A stretch of 60,820 bases of DNA, filler included, from Hausera hauseri (Eukaryota): NCBI GenBank assembly GCA_046269625.1. It is 11 parts of 11 records of this genome, joined end to end, with 100 filler letters (N's around TTAATTAATTAA, not from the genome) between each part and the next. Parts side by side here need not be neighbours in the genome. Positions count along the whole stretch, not along the records: positions 9,983 to 14,913 come from JBJURY010388479.1; positions 15,014 to 19,589 come from JBJURY010521680.1; positions 19,690 to 24,225 come from JBJURY010537564.1; 8 more parts are not named here. One strand, given 5' to 3'. The notes under the pieces are model-generated. The model was given only the letters and a program-made list of their open reading frames with translations, did no database searches and was not told where the DNA came from. This document shows positions 10,279 to 23,067 of the stretch, in pieces (the first letter of the stretch is position 1; the number at the start of each line of letters is the position of its first letter). Position numbers and translations under genes: made by a program.

Positions 10279-11617
10279 TTAATTTAGGTTTTTCTTCTTG
10301 GCCATGTTAGTATTCTTAGGTCCTATAGCTTTTTCGTATTCCGTTTTTGGCTCTCTTAACCCATGATAAACTTCCATTTGCTGCAACTTTTCTTCGTACT
10401 CCTTCCTGGCCTTAATTACTTGTGGATTACTGGATTCTCCCATATTTCTTACATACCTTTGTAGGTCCTGCATCTCGATAATCATGCTTATATCACCTCG
10501 TTTCCCATAGATTCCTTCTAAATTATCTGATATCATACTAGCTTTATCAGTCTCTGAGAATGATACGCTTCTTGGATTAGTGCATGATCTAGCTATATGT
10601 CTTTCCTTACCGCATGAATGACAAATCAGATTCCCGTCTCGACCGATCCTTTGCCGTCCGTCTTCATTCACTGGTGATTTGGGTCTACCCGTTATTTTGT
10701 TTTGGGCTTGCTTATCGATTCCGTTATTTCTATTTTCGAAACTTCGATTATTTATATATCTGTTCTTACTGCTTCGGTCATTATTTTGGTTCCTATCCGG
10801 ATTATAACCTGTTTTGTTGTAAGGATTGTATGTGTTCCGGTTATCACTAAAATTCCTATTGTCATATCTCAGGCTGCGATTAATGGTTTTCTGAGCTCTA
10901 TTCTCGTAGCCTCGGTCCTTATTATTAGCTTTAAATCTTCTATTGTTTCGGTTTCTCTCCTGATTATAGCGATCATTATTTTGGTCATATCTATCACTCT
11001 GTCTAGCGTATCTATCTAGTGCCATCTAAGTTTTGTGCTAACTGTAATGCAGTCTCAAAATTGTCAGTTTGAGCCAAAATTAGTTGCTTGACTAAATCTC
11101 TAGACCATATTCCGTTTTTTAACCTAGTTGTCATCATGACATCTAAATCAGGCGGGCTAGCTTTCTCTGCTGCTTCGCGTTCCTCGTTTGTCTTTGCTTT
11201 TGCCGCATTAGCTATCCTTAACGTACTTACGTAACTATTAGCAAGCTTTTTTAATGCCAATTCAAATTGGGTGACAGATTCATCTTTTTGTTGCGTTCTA
11301 TTTTTGAAAGCAATAAACTTTTGTTGTGGCGTCACTGTTGGCAATAATTTACGATTTAGAGCTAATATTACGGAGGACCATGATTTCTTCTCATCATTAG
11401 TAAGTTCACTATACGCGTCTGCAACTAGGTTCTTTAAGTATAATGACAGTCGTTTAATCATAACCTCAGGCGCAAGACTGGCGCCTTCTGCGCGCAATTT
11501 ATAAGTTCTTAAAAAGTCATTTAACCCCTCTGGGTCTCCGTCGTATGCCGGTAAATTCAAAGAATCAAACGTAAATATATCAAGTTTCTGTGCTATAGCT
11601 AGGTTATCTGCTGTCAT
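10279..11617 (-). pseudogene. Ty3/gypsy Gag (capsid plus CCHC zinc knuckle), frameshift near 11020
   Basis: LPAYDGDPEGLNDFL, RTQQKDESVTQFELALKKLA (MHR-like), an R/N-rich region, and CHSCGKERHIARSC. Confidence 0.85.
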
Positions 11618-11981
11618 ATTTAACTTGTTCGGTTTGTCTACTTTAATTCTAGGAGGAGTTTTGAATTCTTTAACAGAGGTTAGTTCAGTGTCGGATAAAC
11701 AGTGCTTATCGATTACCTTGTCTTCGATGTAAAGTTTATTTCGAGTTTCTCTTTGATTAAGTTTCTCTATACCGGTTTCTAATAAGTTTTGACACCAGTT
11801 GCGTCTATCAATGTTTGTTCTCAGATTAATCTTGACTTATTTCCCTTCTAACCACTTATAACCCCAAGTGTAGACTCTTAACTCGTATTGTATAACAATT
11901 ATTTGGTGTAAATGGCGCTATTCACCCATATGTCGTTAATTGACTCTCAAAAGTAATGTCTAGCAAGGTACAAACTGTCCT

Positions 11982-11994
11982 GCTAGGGTCGCCA
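11982..11994 (-). promoter_or_regulatory. Primer binding site (tRNA-Arg type, TGGCGACC) following an LTR end
   Basis: Minus strand reads TGTTACA-TATT-TGGCGACCCTAGC upstream of gag. Confidence 0.7.
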
Positions 11995-11998
11995 AATA

Positions 11999-12370
11999 TG
12001 TAACATTTGGGGTGGCCCTTATTGTCTCCCACTATAACACTATTTTCACTCGAATTTAATTTGCTTATTACGTGCAGGTTAGGACTACTCGTTCTCAAAT
12101 AGTCTGCTTGTACCCTACAATCTTTAACTGATATTATATCGTAATGCTTGTACTGCTTGCGATAACAATGCGTGTCTTAAATTACAAATTCTAGTCTTAT
12201 CTATGTATTTTAAGTTGATTTTATCCTTATAAGCTACTTTGTTCTATCTTGTGAATTTCACCGTAATTACTCGTTCTTTAATTAATCCTCTCTTTGTGTT
12301 TATTTGGATACAGTTGTCCTTTGGGTTTTTCGTTATACTAGCTATATTTTCCAGCATCCGTTTTAATGGG
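11999..12370 (-). repeat. Putative LTR (3' end at 11999; 5' boundary uncertain)
   Basis: Ends in CA immediately before the PBS. No second copy is present in the window to confirm it. Confidence 0.45.
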
Positions 12371-13340
12371 TCAGTGGATTGGAGCATATCTTCCAACTCT
12401 ATTAAGGTAGTCTCCGTAAGTCCGTGGTATAACCAAGTGTGAATTCAGATTTATTTCAGTGTACTTCTTTACAGTTTGGTAAACATGAACGATAGCTGAG
12501 GGCATAATGTACTTCCTTAATTGGATTGTTAACCTCAAGGCTTTCGCTCTGTCTATGTCTTCCGCATTTTGTGCTATTATTGAACTGTATTTACATAGTA
12601 ATTCGCAGAACTTGCAATACGCCTCAGGAGAGAATTTGGTTTCAACGTGAGGCGGAAATTCGGCGCACTTATATGGCTTTTCCTTTATTGTTACTGCCGA
12701 TACTCTGCAAGTGTGACCTAAAGTTGTGTTAGCGCGCAATCTTAAGTGGATTGGTGCATTGTTTACTAATCTGATAGGTATTCGTCCCGTCACTACTCTA
12801 CATAGAATATTGCTAAACACAAAGATTGAATCGATATTTTCTTGAGGTTCAAAGTATACCGACAGATTTTCGTCCTGTCGAATCTGTTCGAAAGTTATCA
12901 TTTCGGTTCTGGGCGGAATGTCTTCATCTACCGGAATCCATACTTCGTCCGATTTCCTTTCCTTTATTACTTTTGTCCCTTTTATTGGTTCGAGCTCAAT
13001 TAATTTTCCGTTATGCACATCGATTGCCATGCCTGGTATCTGTTTCAATGTATCACAAGCTAGTACTACATCATCTGTTAACTGGTCCATTATCGCAAAT
13101 TCATGTTGAAGTGCTTGACCCATCATAATAACAGTGGGAGTCCATTTAAATTTTGGCTTCGATATTTGTCCAAATGCTCCTATGCTACCAGAATTCGACG
13201 ATAGCGGTGGGCATAATTGTTCTCGCAGTGTGGTTGGTATTGATTCGTATTTTATAAACGACTTCTCTGATCCTGTGTCAATTAATGTATACACTTCCCA
13301 ATCTTTGATGTGTATTTTCGCGAAAGGTCTTCCTTCTTCT
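12371..13340 (-). pseudogene. Retroviral-type aspartic protease plus pre-RT linker, truncated before RT
   Basis: RPFAKIHIKDWEVYTLIDTGSEKSFI...DVVLACD...LLCKYSSIIAQNAEDIDR; no RT motifs follow. Confidence 0.8.
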
Positions 13341-13802
13341 ACTGTTCCGTAGCAATTTGACGCTATCTTTGACAGTTTTATAGTAGTGACTGTTTATCGT
13401 TATTTCTGGCGCTGAGAGGATATTTTTCTTAACTGTTTTAATTCTCCGTTTGGGTATAAACTATTATTTGCCATCTCACTGACGCGATTGTCAATGAGCG
13501 GTTCTTGATGTAGTGAGCCCGAGATCGGACACAGTTTCGGGTTCTCCCAGATCGTTGATTTTGATTCTGTGACGCGGTATCCTTTTTAAGTACAATATTC
13601 CATGGTCGTTTTCTGTTGGTCCTTGGTTGATAACATTCATTTTCCGTAGTACTCCATATTGCTTTGTTTTTTTTTCATAAGGGTCTTCATAATTAATGGG
13701 CTTTTGATAGATTTCGGACTTATATGATACGACCGATTTGCGGTCGAAATCTTTATATATTAGTGCTGTTGGTGGCAGAATGGGTAATAGCGCGTTAATC
13801 AC

Positions 13803-14913
13803 TTAGTACATCTTGAGCATCTTATTTCTGGAACTCTCTTCTCCTCCCTTAGGCTCGTCATCCTCTGAATAATTTCTTCGTGTTATTGTTTTCTTGGTTT
13901 TACGTCTATACAAAGTCGAGGGCCTTCCTCGTCGTTTGCGATTATAGTACCCGATGTGACGCTCTACGTCATTTTTCCATCGATTTTCTTCGTATGTCTT
14001 GAGCATTTTTCCGAATGATGTAATAATCGCACTCAAAATTTTGCAGGAAAATCCTGTTAATGTGAATATTTCATATCCGTTTATGACGGCTTGAATTACT
14101 GCTTTGACCAACTAAACTAAAAAGTAGATGGCTAGAAATCCAGATGCAGCTTGTCTGAAAATCAGAAATTTCCCCCAAATCTTGTATAATATTTCTGAAT
14201 TTACTCTTTGATAGTGATTAGCGCTGAGTATTGATTCCAATTTTGCTTGAAAGCAGGTGTCGTCCATTACCATTAACATGGCCCGATTCAGTTCGTAAGT
14301 TCCTTGTCGTGAAAGTGCTAAGAATTGCCTAAAAGCTACTTGTCCTTTGGTCTATAAATTCCTTTATTGGCTGTGTCTTCGAACTTTTCTTCTAATAATC
14401 CTTTGATTAGATTTGTTCCAGTTAGCTTACTGGGGGCTGTAGCAGCGCCTCAATTAGGTAAACTTATCCAGTTTGTTCCACTACGGTAAAACATAGGTTC
14501 ACCCAGACTCGTTTTGCATTCCTTCAGTATTGTTGGATCAGTCGAGTTTGCCAGTAGTACCCTGGTAAGTGGCATCCCTAGCTTCGGCATATTCTCATAG
14601 ATGACTGGTAATTCTTGCATACATCTTTTCTCTTCCACGTTGATCGGCACATCTCTTTTTTCGCATTCGTAAGTTAATAGGACCTCTCCGGTAACTCGTC
14701 CAAAGACACCTTCTTTTATTGGTATAATTGGTGATGCCAATTCTGGCTTGGCATAAATTAAGGCCAGTTTGGTTCTCATGACTTCAGTATCTAATCTGCA
14801 GTCATTTGTTATCATTTTGTGGTATAGCTCTTCTATTCCGGTTTGTACTTTATAATAGAAATAGTCGTCTCGATTTTCAGATAATCCTCGATCCGCGCAT
14901 CTTGCGTTTTTAA
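13803..14913 (-). pseudogene. Class III fusion glycoprotein (chuvirus G / herpes gB-like) env, C-terminal half
   Basis: ELYHKMITNDCRLD, GRVTGEVLLTYEC, RCMQELPVIY, PLTRVL, ECK...PMFY...W, GIY, then TM region IWGKFLIF..AASGFLAIYFLV..VKAVIQAVINGY..GFS. Contains stops and frameshifts. Confidence 0.7.
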
Positions 14914-15224
14914 NNNNNNNNNNNNNNNNNNNNNNNNNNNNNNNNNNNNNNNNNNNNTTAATTAATTAANNNNNNNNNNNNNNNNNNNNNNNNNNNNNNN
15001 NNNNNNNNNNNNNAAATATGAGAAAATATTATTTGCATAATAATTTTGAACACAGTGTATATATATATATTTTACAGTTTATCTGTAACAGTGGATAGTG
15101 GCTCTGTATGGTTTATCGGTGCCCACATTGCATAACAACAATCCAAACAACGTTCTCCCACAAAACTTACTACCCTCACCTCTCTGGTATTAAAGTGTCA
15201 TTGACAGCGTACAATGGCAGTTTA

Positions 15225-15340
15225 ACTCTCTCTCTCTCTCACACACACACACATCTGGGCCAAATGAACTGAAGGTCTTTGGGATATCCAGGTGCTGTTG
15301 GTAGTCCACCGGGGTTGAGAGAGAGATGAGAGAGAGAGAA
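15225..15340. repeat. (CT)n(CA)n and (GA)n microsatellites
   Basis: Directly visible. Confidence 0.8.
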
Positions 15341-15987
15341 GCAAACATGTGTTTGTAATTTCTTTCATGGAAGTAAGTTAACTAAAATAAATGCTGAATG
15401 TGTGCAAGTATGTGTTCTGTAATCATTCCTTTGACCCCGCCTTAGTTACTAAAGCCTGACACAAGCTACCACTGCCTTCTACGATACCTGCCTCAGCCAC
15501 AACATCTGTCTCATCCAAACTGCCACACCTTTCCCTCAACCTTTCCTTTCATGACCTTTCAATATCAATTGTGAGAATATTTTTACCTCAACTCCAAAGG
15601 CAGACAATGGCTCTGGTCGTATGCCTGATTCGGCAAAGACAAACCTTCAGGCATTATCTGGTGTTGAGATCTCACCAGTTTCAGCATTCAGCAGTTCATC
15701 AAACCATTCTCGAAGTACAAGAGTGACTTCTAGAATGCTTAAGAAGAACAATGTGCCCCAGCAAAAGCAGAAGTCCTTTAGAAGATATTTTACTACCAGC
15801 TTGTCCAGAAGTTGGCTCAGGTCCCAAGGTATCAGGGTCTTAGTTTTGGCTTGAAGCGTGAAATGCTTTTCTGTATATGCATTATTTTACAAATTTCAAA
15901 ATATTGCAGCAGATATAATAGAGATTTACGTGTTTTGGACTGAAATTTGCCCATAACCTGGAATATTTTCTGTTTGGTGGACATAAT

Positions 15988-17870
15988 TTAATCGGACAAA
16001 ACAGTCAATGACGTATCAAAATTGTATGGAAAAATGCTTTTTCTATGTCCTGTTTGTCCCAGAAAAACGGTAGACGTCAAAGGCCATTGTACCAACTTCG
16101 AAGAAAGAGTGTCCAATGACTCGAACAGAAATTGGTAAGAGTCGATAAATTTAATTGTCAGACCAGACACATGACAAAACATTGCCAAAAACTTTTCTCT
16201 GCTTTGTGCGATAATAGATGGTTTCCAATGACCGAAATGTTTCAGAGCATATTTCATGATGTGGTGGGAATCGTATCCTCTAAAATTATGAAAAACAACT
16301 GGAAGTACCATACGAACTTTCCTCTGAACATTACATGCCTGACATGCAGCACTAATATACTGACCTGTAAAATGATCATGATCATGAACTTTATCCTGTA
16401 TTTCATTTTTACATAAGTAACATTGATCACCTAGACGGAATGCATCCTCATCTTCCGTAGATAATGGAAGCATAGTACAATGTGCATTCTGATCATACCA
16501 TGGAATCATAATAGTTTTAACTATAGTCTCCAAACATTGCAAGTAATCAACAATACAATTATCTCCGACAAATTTATAATACTGTGGCGAAAGATTATTA
16601 TCCTTTAATGGAACTAACAATAAACCAGCAGCAATAGGAATATGTTTTTGTTCATACCCATCATCACAAGGTGACAGAACAGATTCAAAATCTGAATAGG
16701 CGACAAAAGCCGGAGATATAAGCTTGGACCAGTCGGTAAACTGACAACGTTTTGATGTTGGCATAACATACAATGTTGTATGTTCAATATTAACACTGCA
16801 CAATTTAGCATGGTTTTCAAATGCTTTTTGATATCTAAAACCATGCAAACAAGTCTGACACCATATACAATTGATTCGAATCACTCGATTGTCAAAGTTT
16901 AAAAGTCGATTTAAATTTATCACTGCAACGTAATGAAACCTATATGAATTTTCAAGTATCAATAAGTTAATAGTACGACGGTTTGAGGAAAGATTCTTCG
17001 AACGATACAAAACATCAACATGCGGATTTTTAAATACTTCCTGCTCTCTATAAATCACAAAATTAGTATCATCAGTGTATCCGAAAACATTAATTGCAAG
17101 TCTTGGATTTCTTACTTCAAACGATGAAATACCTGATAATTTCATTGGCATTTCGTTTTCTTCATAATTGAGTTCATGCATATACTGAAGATAATTATTT
17201 GATCGATAACGATGATGTTGAATATCTTCGTAATGTAACACTGCGAGAATACTATATAGGAAACATTTGTTATCTGAGTTTTGTACATTAACTACAGATT
17301 GAGACTGAAGAAGCCCTTTTGGTGTTGCAATGTATGAACGCCCGGACAAATATATAACTTTCGATGTTTTCGTTATGGTAAATGTAAACTCAATGATTCG
17401 ATATAATCTCCATCCGCTGCCACATTCTGAATACTTTTCAATTTTTTCATTCAGTAATTGTCCAACATCTTCAATAAAATCTTCATTCCATTCTTGTGCA
17501 CGATGAGACAGTCTCCATCGCTTAAGGTCACCTTCAATAATCTTCTCAAACTCAACTAAACCACCAAACTGTATTTTACAAGACCGAAAACGATCAATTT
17601 CTTCTTTTAATTTTAAAATAATGTGTCGAGGAACATGCCTCATGTCTACTAAACCATCGTTTTCAACTGTAATTCGTAAATAAACGTGAGATCCGTTTAA
17701 AGTCGAACATCGTTCCACATTCCCATCTTCGTGAATAAATTGACGCTTATGCGTTGCTTTATCCTAAATAACAGAAACTGTTAAGCTTACATGATAATAG
17801 AAAGTTGCTTTTGATACAATATGATGGTAAATGTATTCATGTTACAAGTTTTTTTTTACTCTCATACAAT
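15988..17870 (-). pseudogene. Polinton protein-primed family B DNA polymerase, N-terminal half (copy A), truncated
   Basis: GSGW, VVNVQNSDNKCFLYSILA, HYVAV, YSDFES (Exo I), CYLC..DHDHFTG..ACQACN (endoVII-like zinc module), FHNFRGYDSH (Exo II), FIDSYQF, FPY. Confidence 0.9.
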
Positions 17871-17956
17871 GTTGATGAAATGACATTGGCAAACAAGTTG
17901 TCGACCTGTGAAAAAAGCAACAAAAACGACATTAAGAAGTCTTTATTATTATGAAA

Positions 17957-18225
17957 TCAAATTTTAAATACTCTATAGTTAGATGGACCACGCCAATCCA
18001 AATCTGTTCCACCGTCACGAACTCGCCGGCAATAATTCTGAACCATATGTTTCATTAAGTCGAAACAGTTTAGAGAATTATCGGCATTAATTTTTGGTTT
18101 TGTTTCGTGACAAATTCTGAAATGATAAGCATGTGCTTCATCATGCATACGTTCAGAATCGTTGTATTCCTTCTTACCAATTACAGACGATGGAAATATC
18201 CATAGTAGTTTATTCCTACGTGTTT
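17957..18225 (-). pseudogene. 3' end of an unknown gene fused to the pPolB copy B fragment
   Basis: Non-PolB sequence after VLEVD, ending in a stop followed by AATAAA. Confidence 0.35.
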
Positions 18226-19589
18226 TGGTATCAACCTCCAACACGTAACCAATAAGACTCTTTTCAGTATCTGCTTCCATTAACTCATTTAGAATCGACT
18301 GCAAACGATCTTCATTAAATATCCACACAAATTCTTCAAGTGGCAACGGTTGTAATAATGCCCATCCATACAAGTTGTTCACGTCCAAGTATAACAGTGA
18401 CGAGTCCTTCATGGTTCCTACATGATGTGTATTGACAAACGTTATACCACCTCAGATTCCATATTCAAAAATCTGTACATTTCCGGATCTTTCAACAAAT
18501 CTAAATTTACGTCCAAAGTTCGTAACGCACTGTTCCATGTCATATGGGGAAGAGTTATGAAATTAAGAGGATCACATCCATAATCATCCAGAGCTGTTTG
18601 ACAGAAGCTATTAAATATGTCGGCTAACATATATACGTCAAGTTGTAAATAATACAACTTATAATCAAGTAAATTTTGGAAATTCAATTCAGTCCATTTT
18701 TGTCGATCATACTGATAATCAGCAATATCAACATCATCTCAAATTGGCGGTAGGTCAATTGTGCCTTTCAAGGCAGTCAATGACGTAGCAAAATTGTATA
18801 GAAAAATGCCTTTTCTATGTCCCGTTTGTCCCGGAAATACGGTAGACGTCAAAGGCCATTGTACCAACTTCGAAGAAAGAGTGTCCAGTGACTTGAGCAT
18901 AAATTGGTAAGAGTCGATAAATTTAATTGTCAGACCAGAAACATGACCAAACATCGCCCAAAACTGTTCTCTGCCTTGTGCGATTACAGATGGTTTTCAA
19001 TGAACAAAATGTTTCAGAGCATATTTCATGATGTGGTGGGAACCGTATCCTCAAAAATTATGAAAAACAACTGGAAGTAACATACGAACTTTCCTCTGAA
19101 TAATACACGTCTGACATGCAAAGCTAATATACGGACCTGTAAAATGATCACGATAACGAACTTTATCATTTATTTCATTTTTGCATAAGTAACATTGATC
19201 AGCTAGACGGAATGCATCCACATTTTCTGTAGATAATGGAAGCATAAGGCAATGTGCATTCTGATCATACCATGGAATCACAATACTTTTAACAACAGTC
19301 CCCAAACATGACAAGTAATCGACAATACAATTATCTCCGACAAAATGGTAATACTGTGACGAAAGATTATAATCCTTTAACAAAACTAGCAGTAAAGCAG
19401 CAGCAATAGGAATATGTTTTTGTTCATTATCACAAGATGACAGGACGGATTCAAAATCTGAAAAGGCGACAAAAGCCAGAGATATAAGCTTGGGCCAGTC
19501 GGTAAACTGACATCGTTTTGACGTTGGCATAATATACAATTTAGCATGGTTATCATATGCTTTTTGATGTCCGAAACCATGCAAAAAGT
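18226..19589 (-). pseudogene. Polinton pPolB central fragment (copy B), multiply frameshifted
   Basis: Close paralogue of copy A over 18760-19589. Continues through YLQLDVYMLAD (Exo III) and YLDVNNLYGWAL (motif A). Confidence 0.88.
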
Positions 19590-19809
19590 NNNNNNNNNNN
19601 NNNNNNNNNNNNNNNNNNNNNNNNNNNNNNNNNTTAATTAATTAANNNNNNNNNNNNNNNNNNNNNNNNNNNNNNNNNNNNNNNNNNNNTGCCATAAATA
19701 AGCTGTAATGTTAGGAGGGCATGTAAAACACAGCCACAGGAATGTTATAAGTATACGTTTGAATCGATTGTATCAACTGGCCGCTTAGAATTTTTAATAT
19801 TTTCAAACA

Positions 19810-20217
19810 CAGGGTTCCTTCAGCTTCAAGCAAGTTAAATTTAAGACTTTTTAAGACCTCTTAAATGCCACTTTAAATCAAATTTAAGACCTAATATCAC
19901 AATGAACACAAATGGAAAAAAGAAAAACAACAACAATTTTACCCAGATGTCTGTTTTTACACAAAACAAAGAGCTGCGAGGAGCATTTGGTAAATTATTT
20001 ATAAATTATTATAATATTATTATTATTTATAAAGGTTTATAAATGTAACAGTCTTTTAGTATTTAAGAGGAATTACAATCATACAACTTACAAAGTGTTA
20101 AAATTTTTAAGACGTCTGAAAAGTTGATTTAAGACTTTTTAAGGCTAATTAAGGCCTTACTTTTGGATTGATAAATTCAATGCCTTTTAGACTTTTTAAG
20201 GATCTGCGGGAACCCTG
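19810..20217. mobile_element. Non-autonomous DNA transposon (MITE) with TIR CAGGGTTCC...GGAACCCTG
   Basis: 9-bp terminal inverted repeats and internal TTTAAGAC repeats; lies in an intron of the IS3EU transposase. Confidence 0.65.
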
Positions 20218-20279
20218 TTAATCAACTGTTCTCTAAATATAATATTTTCTTCAGATTAACATGGACTGGAAGACTTTAC

Positions 20280-23067
20280 CTGAGAGGGAAACCAAAGTCC
20301 TCCACGGATTGCTGAAAGAAAGCCAGTGTGGTTGATGACAGGTTGTTGGAGGCTGCACCAAGATACATTATCTATAAAACACAGTTAAAGTACAACACAG
20401 TAAATTCCATAGCTTATAAAACCAAATATGCACATTATGGAAGATACTGCACCTTACGAGAAAAACCATCGATTCCACCAAATATAACAATGTTGTACCT
20501 GGGAAAAAAGAAAATATTCAGCGTTTTCAAAAAATGGCTTGCTTCTCCAACTGGTATAACTCTAGTCCTTGAGGCCCCATCTCTTGCGTGTTACATTTGT
20601 TCCTGGTCCAACTCATCTGATACATTTTCAAAATACGATTTATCTTCTTAGTTTGTCAAAGATTTGCAGATGCCTACTAATTAAGCACCTCTTAGGTTAA
20701 GCTGTATTGAAACAGGACAACATGTAAAACAGCAGCACATCAGTCCTTCAGGACTGATTTTACACACCACTATTCATGCTTGCATAAATTGTGCTTTGGT
20801 TTCATAACATGAGATAAGATAAAAAAGGAAAAACCATGCTGTATAAGTTGACAATGTTCAGCAAACTTCAAAGTCAGATGCTCCCCACCAGAAAAAGATA
20901 AATGACGTACCGTATTAATTTGTGGTTTGTGTCGATGTGCATCAAAGACTGGGGGCCTGGAACAGAGTATGTCCGTCGAGCTATACATCCTAACTGGACC
21001 ATACGTGATGCCATCCCAAATGTGTCTACACGATGCATGGATGCTCTGACTCTATCATACTGCACCCTCAGTCCTCTGGCTTGCAGGAGAGCCTTCACCA
21101 TCCGATAACCAGAGTGAGGCTGTCTGGATTTAATGTCCCTCACACACTGGTCCAATTCATCATCTGATATGGTAGTATATAATCCCCTCACTGAAAGACC
21201 TGACTCAGCCATGCGTCGGTAAACAGTGCGTCTTGATATACCCAAGAGTTTGGCTATGCATGGCACAGGGAGATGGAGTTCTATAAGACTGGAAAGGTAG
21301 TCTGAGGATATGACCATACGTTGTCGCCCAGCTGGTCCTTGCTCAAAACACACAACAGCAACTGATTGTTCTTTGTTGTGTTTTTCTACATTAATAAGTC
21401 TGTGCAAATGAGCTAGTGCATCCAAAATATCAGAAGGAACATCTACCTGGGAAGATAAGGCATTTAAAAAAACAAGTTCTTGAGTGCAAATAAAGTCCAG
21501 AAAGTCCAGATCCAGAGGCATACGATCAAGAACATGCTCCAAACGATCACGGAGTCTATCAAAAATGTGACCAAGCAGAAGTTCCTGGGAGAGACAAACA
21601 AAAAAAAAAAGATGCAAATGAAGAACTTGTCAGCAAAAAATTCCAGTTATCTAAATTAAATTAAACAGTATTCTAAGTTAAATAATACAAATATTTAATC
21701 TAAAATAAAATACTACATACTTAGACATAAATTTTATAAGAAAATCTTGCAAAAAATATTCATATCAACTATTAACCCAAATGTCTGAGGAGCTGTTCAG
21801 TGTTGCCATAGGCAGTAGATCAGCATCTCACCCTAACTCATAAGAATGTCAATAAAATTACTATCAAATAAATGACAGCTGAAAGATAAGAGTAGCACAA
21901 ACTGTTACTTTCCCTTTCACATTCTTTTGTTAGTCATGGAGTTGTTCTTTATCAGAACATCCTGATGAGTCATGCATGCACTGTTGTCCCATAAAATGAT
22001 GGTTTGCCAGAAAAGGATCATAATGTCTTCATTTTAAAGTTCAGACACTCAAACTATATTAATACAAGAAACACATTTGTCTGTCAGGGAATTCAACAGA
22101 GGTTTACCTCCTTTCAGCTAAAATATGTATAATAATAAAAATAATAAGATTGTTTAAGATGGTTAGGAGAAAAGAGGAAATAAGCAGCATGTATACTTGC
22201 TCTTAGGACACATTGCAGCTTTTAAAAAGCAGATATTAGGGATCGGATTTTCTCAAACATCTGCAACAAAAATAATGGAGTTGTTGGCAAGTCTTGTGTG
22301 GTTGCATTTTATTATATATTTTAAATTTTAGCAATTTTGCACACAGAACTATTATAAAATCACTGTTAATGCTTTAACCAAGTAAACACAGGAATGCATA
22401 AGCGTTCCCACCAGTTTGCCTGAAAAAGATGCTACATTTGGCGCAAGTTGATTTTCCTTTCATAATAAAATTCGACGGTGGTGGGGGCTATGTCCCTGAT
22501 AAAAATAGATATGCCCTGCCAGCGCTCCACAAATCAAAAACTAATTGAAAATTCAGCTGTCATGAGCAAAATGTTTAATGTAGGAAGTCGCCATCAGTTT
22601 TCCCACAAAGATAAGCGATTTATACTGATGCTTTTATTTTGAAGCGTACCGGACGTTCTGTGACGAGAGAAAGAAGAAAGTTCTATGTGGAGACGGTCCG
22701 ATCGGTAGTTCACTTAATAAAGTGACGCCACCAATGTTGGAACAAATAACACGAGTTGCTTGCTATTTACTTGCATTATATTTTTATTTATAAGTATGAG
22801 CAAAGTGCCCAATACCCTCGGTTAGACCATAGACTAGCTTGAGCGCTTTTGTTTTCAAAATAAAAGTCGCCGATGTGTGTGTGTGTGTGTGTATGTGTGG
22901 GGGGGAAAGCACGAACGTTAAACTAAATATGACAGGATTAAAAGTAGCTCACACCAGTGTAATAAATCACGATGTAAAATACTATATAAAACTTTGTGTG
23001 TTAAAAAACAAACACTACAAAACAGTAAAACCATTTAACTCACCGTTGAGTTGGCGTTAGCTTCCAT
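20280..23067 (-). CDS. IS3EU-type DDE transposase, spliced: join(23044-23067,20911-21584,20453-20498,20280-20371), 3' incomplete
   Basis: HTH IAKLLGISRRTVYRRM, DDELD, GYRMV, RRTYSVPGPQSLMHIDTNHKLIR|YNIVIFGGIDGFSRK|IMYL...FGFPL. All junctions are GT-AG and phase-consistent. Confidence 0.8.

Noticed and set aside
15621-15854. 77-aa Ser-rich ORF, possible host exon
   Set aside because: No recognisable domain; a product call cannot be supported.
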